Shown piece by piece: positions 61,349 to 64,000 of a stretch of DNA of 64,000 nt (within the stretch, counting starts at the first letter, position 1; each line of letters opens with the position of its first letter). The notes beneath the pieces were generated by a model. That model ran no database searches. It was given only the letters and a program-made list of their open reading frames with translations, and was not told the DNA's origin. Both the position numbers and the translations under genes were made by a program. The DNA lies in contig ADNK01000283.1 in the NCBI GenBank assembly GCA_000320545.1, positions 19,828 to 83,827 of the forward strand. Direction: 5' to 3'. The DNA comes from Bigelowiella natans CCMP2755 (Eukaryota; Protista; Cercozoa).

Positions 61349-62141
61349 CACGGATGGATCCTCCTGTTGCCCCTCCGCACCGTTTGCGGGACCGACAGTG
61401 GAACAGCAACCAGAGGGTTTTCTTTAGATACGGCAGAGTTTTAGGTTGTCGTAGTGTTGAAATAGATTATATTACCTCGGATAATATGTGATAATATTTC
61501 ATCAGGAAGATAACCAAAATGGTAGTTGCATGATGAAAAAGCCGGAATACAAAAACAACAACCTCTAAGCGAGATGAAACGGGTACGAGCTGCACAGATC
61601 GTAAAAACATCAGTATTTTTTTGACCTGATTCAACAGTGTCACCCAGCAGGAGCGGAAATTTCAAGAACAAATTGGGGACTCAGACAATTACCAAAAACG
61701 ACAACAATGATAGGATTATTTCCGATGTATTTCGCCTTTAAAAATGAAGTATTCTTTGAATTAATTCAGCAATAAATATAATCACCTGCACACATCATCA
61801 TCATCCTGCCTTGCTCCCCCTCATCGCCAGTGACGTCTTCGTAGTGGGGTCTCTAGGTAAATCCGACTCGTATGACAACGCACCCTCCTTTTGTCCATAC
61901 AAAGCATTGATCTTAATGCAACGGGAACGCGTCTTATCCCGCTGCTCTGTGCGTCATATGAAAATCATACTATTATCGTCGCCCTAATTGTCCAAGGCAC
62001 ATTCCTTGAGACACATTTGTCCTCGTCGTCCCTTGTTTAATTCATTGATATGTGATCTCTGTATCACTCGTTTTGTCTTCGTATATCCGTCCTTCCCTCC
62101 CTTCTCTCTCATATGCATACGGAAGAAGGACTAAGGAACAG

Positions 62142-62652
62142 ATGTCGGTGTCGAGCCACTTTCCAGAGGCAAACCGTCTTTACCTTTCGCTTCAGCGCAA
62201 AGTGGAAGATCTTGAATCCAAAATATTCAACCAGTCGCTATATAATGAGGTTTCCACTTCCATCACCCTCCGTGCGGCATCCCCCCCCCCCTTTGATGAA
62301 TAACACCCGCCCCCGTCAACAAGCGCCTTCGTCAACTACGCCACTTCGATGATTTGAAATGAAAAAGAAGCTGTGATTGGAATTCTCGACAAATTGCTGA
62401 TGGCGTCACTGTAATTTTTCTTCTTTTTTCGCGCCGCGGGTTTTCCTCCCGGATGGGGATTTGGGTTTTGTATTTGCCAGAGTAACCCCACAAAAAAGGG
62501 GGGGACGGCGGGGGGGGGATAACAAATTAATTTTCCCCGTTTTTTGTTTCCAAAAAATGGTGGAACTCTTTTTTTTTTCCTCCCTCCTTACTTTTCTTTT
62601 TTTCTTTTTTTTTTTATACCCCCACCACCCCCAAAACCAAAACGGGGCGGCG

Positions 62653-62683
<31 letters not shown>

Positions 62684-63753
62684 ACCCCCTCCATTCCCTT
62701 GGTGCATGAATATTTGTGAAACATTCTTTGTATTAATCCCAGGGAGAGGGAGAAGGGAGATGTGGATCGGTCGTATTGAAGGGCTTGCAGATAGCCACAT
62801 GACGATAGAAAAGGCTCTCACGAGGCTGGAGACATCGCATCAAAGGCGCGTGCGAAATAGCCAAATGAGGGACAAACTCTTCGGATCTCCTGAAGAGCGA
62901 GCAGCTATGGTTCACCTACACTTTCTCAAATCCATTATTGTAGAGGAGTTGGGGGGGGCAGGAACGTAAGGAAAGTAAAGGATTTTGCAAAGCTCGTTAT
63001 CATATTTTGTCGGTCTCACATAAGCAAATATTCATCAATATAATTTTATGGGAAAGCATGCCTGCTGCGTGCTCCATTGATATGTGGCGTTGACGATGAT
63101 GATAGTCATTTTATGGTGGTATTTCATTTCAGTCGGCGCAGTACAACGCATATCAAACCTATCAGCAGAATCAGGTCTTTTTCTTTCTCATTGATCAGTT
63201 TGAACGTACAATCACGCACCCCACCCAAAAGGGAGGAATACGCATCATGTCCACGGCAAACACAGGGGCTATCATTGTCGGTGTATGATTTTGCTTCATA
63301 ACTCAGGAATCTCTACATCGCTCGAACGAAGAGGCTGACAGAATTCTTGAAACCGGGCGCGCGACGCTGGAAAATCTTAGAAATCAGGGCAGCATTCTTA
63401 AGGTTGGTTGAAGGATGGGAACGCTGTGATAATATGAGTGACAGATAGCAAAAATTACAAATACCAGTTCCTCAGTCTGTATTGAAAGATAAAACCGGAG
63501 AAAAAAGGGGTGGGGGCGAAGAGGAGTCAATTTAGATTTCATTGTCCTTAACAATGTCAATTATTATCGTCTGTTGCCTCCTCAGAGCGCTCATCGGAAA
63601 GTCTTGGACGTGGCCAATACATTAGGGTTGTCAAACTCTTTGATAAAAATGATCGAAAGACGAGAGAACATGGACAAAATTCTAGTTTTTGCCGGCATGA
63701 GTGTCTCCCTACTTGTTTTGTTCATTTTATACTATTATTTCGTGCGCAAGTAA
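62142..63753 (+). CDS. Membrin/Bos1/GOSR2 Golgi Qb-SNARE
   Basis: MSVSSHFPEANRLYLSLQRKVEDLE; REMWIGRIEGL; ESLHRSNEEADRILETGRATLENLRNQGSILK|SAHRKVLDVANTLGLSNSLIKMIERRENMDKILVFAGM + C-terminal TM, FVRK*. Exon 2 lies in low-quality-looking sequence. Confidence 0.88.
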
Positions 63754-64000
63754 ACGTTATCGTTATGAAAAAATTAGAAATGGTCAGAAAGTGCACCATT
63801 ATTTTTGTTCGTTGGCAGCCCCGCCCATAGCTATTCATCTAGCTAGCTAGACATGCATGATCGAAGCTACATGTTATCGATATGAGCAAATGTGCACACA
63901 TACATGCACCTCTAGATGCAATGTAGCTACACTAGAGTAGATTCCCTCTGCAAGCTTGATGAAATGAAAGTTCAAATAAGCGCGCTACAGGATTTATCCG

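Noticed and set aside
62280-62700. Apparent stop/frameshift in membrin exon 2 and G/C/T homopolymer runs (possible pseudogene or G-quadruplex)
   Set aside because: The pattern after a poly-C run looks like a low-quality read. The flanking exons are intact, so an assembly error is more likely.
37255-63753. Golgi/secretory or PSII gene cluster (golgin, membrin, POFUT2; PsbP, PsbTn)
   Set aside because: These genes are far apart and interspersed with unrelated genes; no evidence of clustering.

Overview
Gene-dense, intron-rich eukaryotic nuclear DNA, most likely from a chlorarachniophyte alga. This is inferred from nucleus-encoded, green-type PSII proteins (PsbP-domain, PsbTn) carrying signal peptide + transit peptide + thylakoid TAT leaders. 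The ORF track is mostly misleading because exons are short, so gene models were assembled by hand from GT/GC-AG junctions and their ends are approximate. About 15 genes are supported: a small unknown (-), PsbP-domain protein (+), unknown membrane protein (-), Patched/NPC1-like SSD protein (+), POFUT2 (+), TTC39/Iml2 (+), zf-4CXXC_R1 protein (-), small mitochondrial-type protein (+), guanylate kinase with a long leader (-), GRAB golgin (+), KA1-tailed pseudokinase (+), PsbTn (-), CFAP97-domain/adenylate kinase fusion (+), four-GYF protein (-) and membrin (+). Many introns are packed with microsatellites. The most striking unexplained pattern is that every gene 3' end is followed by a tract of roughly 0.4-1 kb (shorter where cut by the window edge) rich in CTAG/CATG/TGCA, with a recurrent CATCTAGACA / (CTAG)n motif, while divergent promoter spacers lack it. 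No tRNA, rRNA, CRISPR array or intact transposon was recognised.
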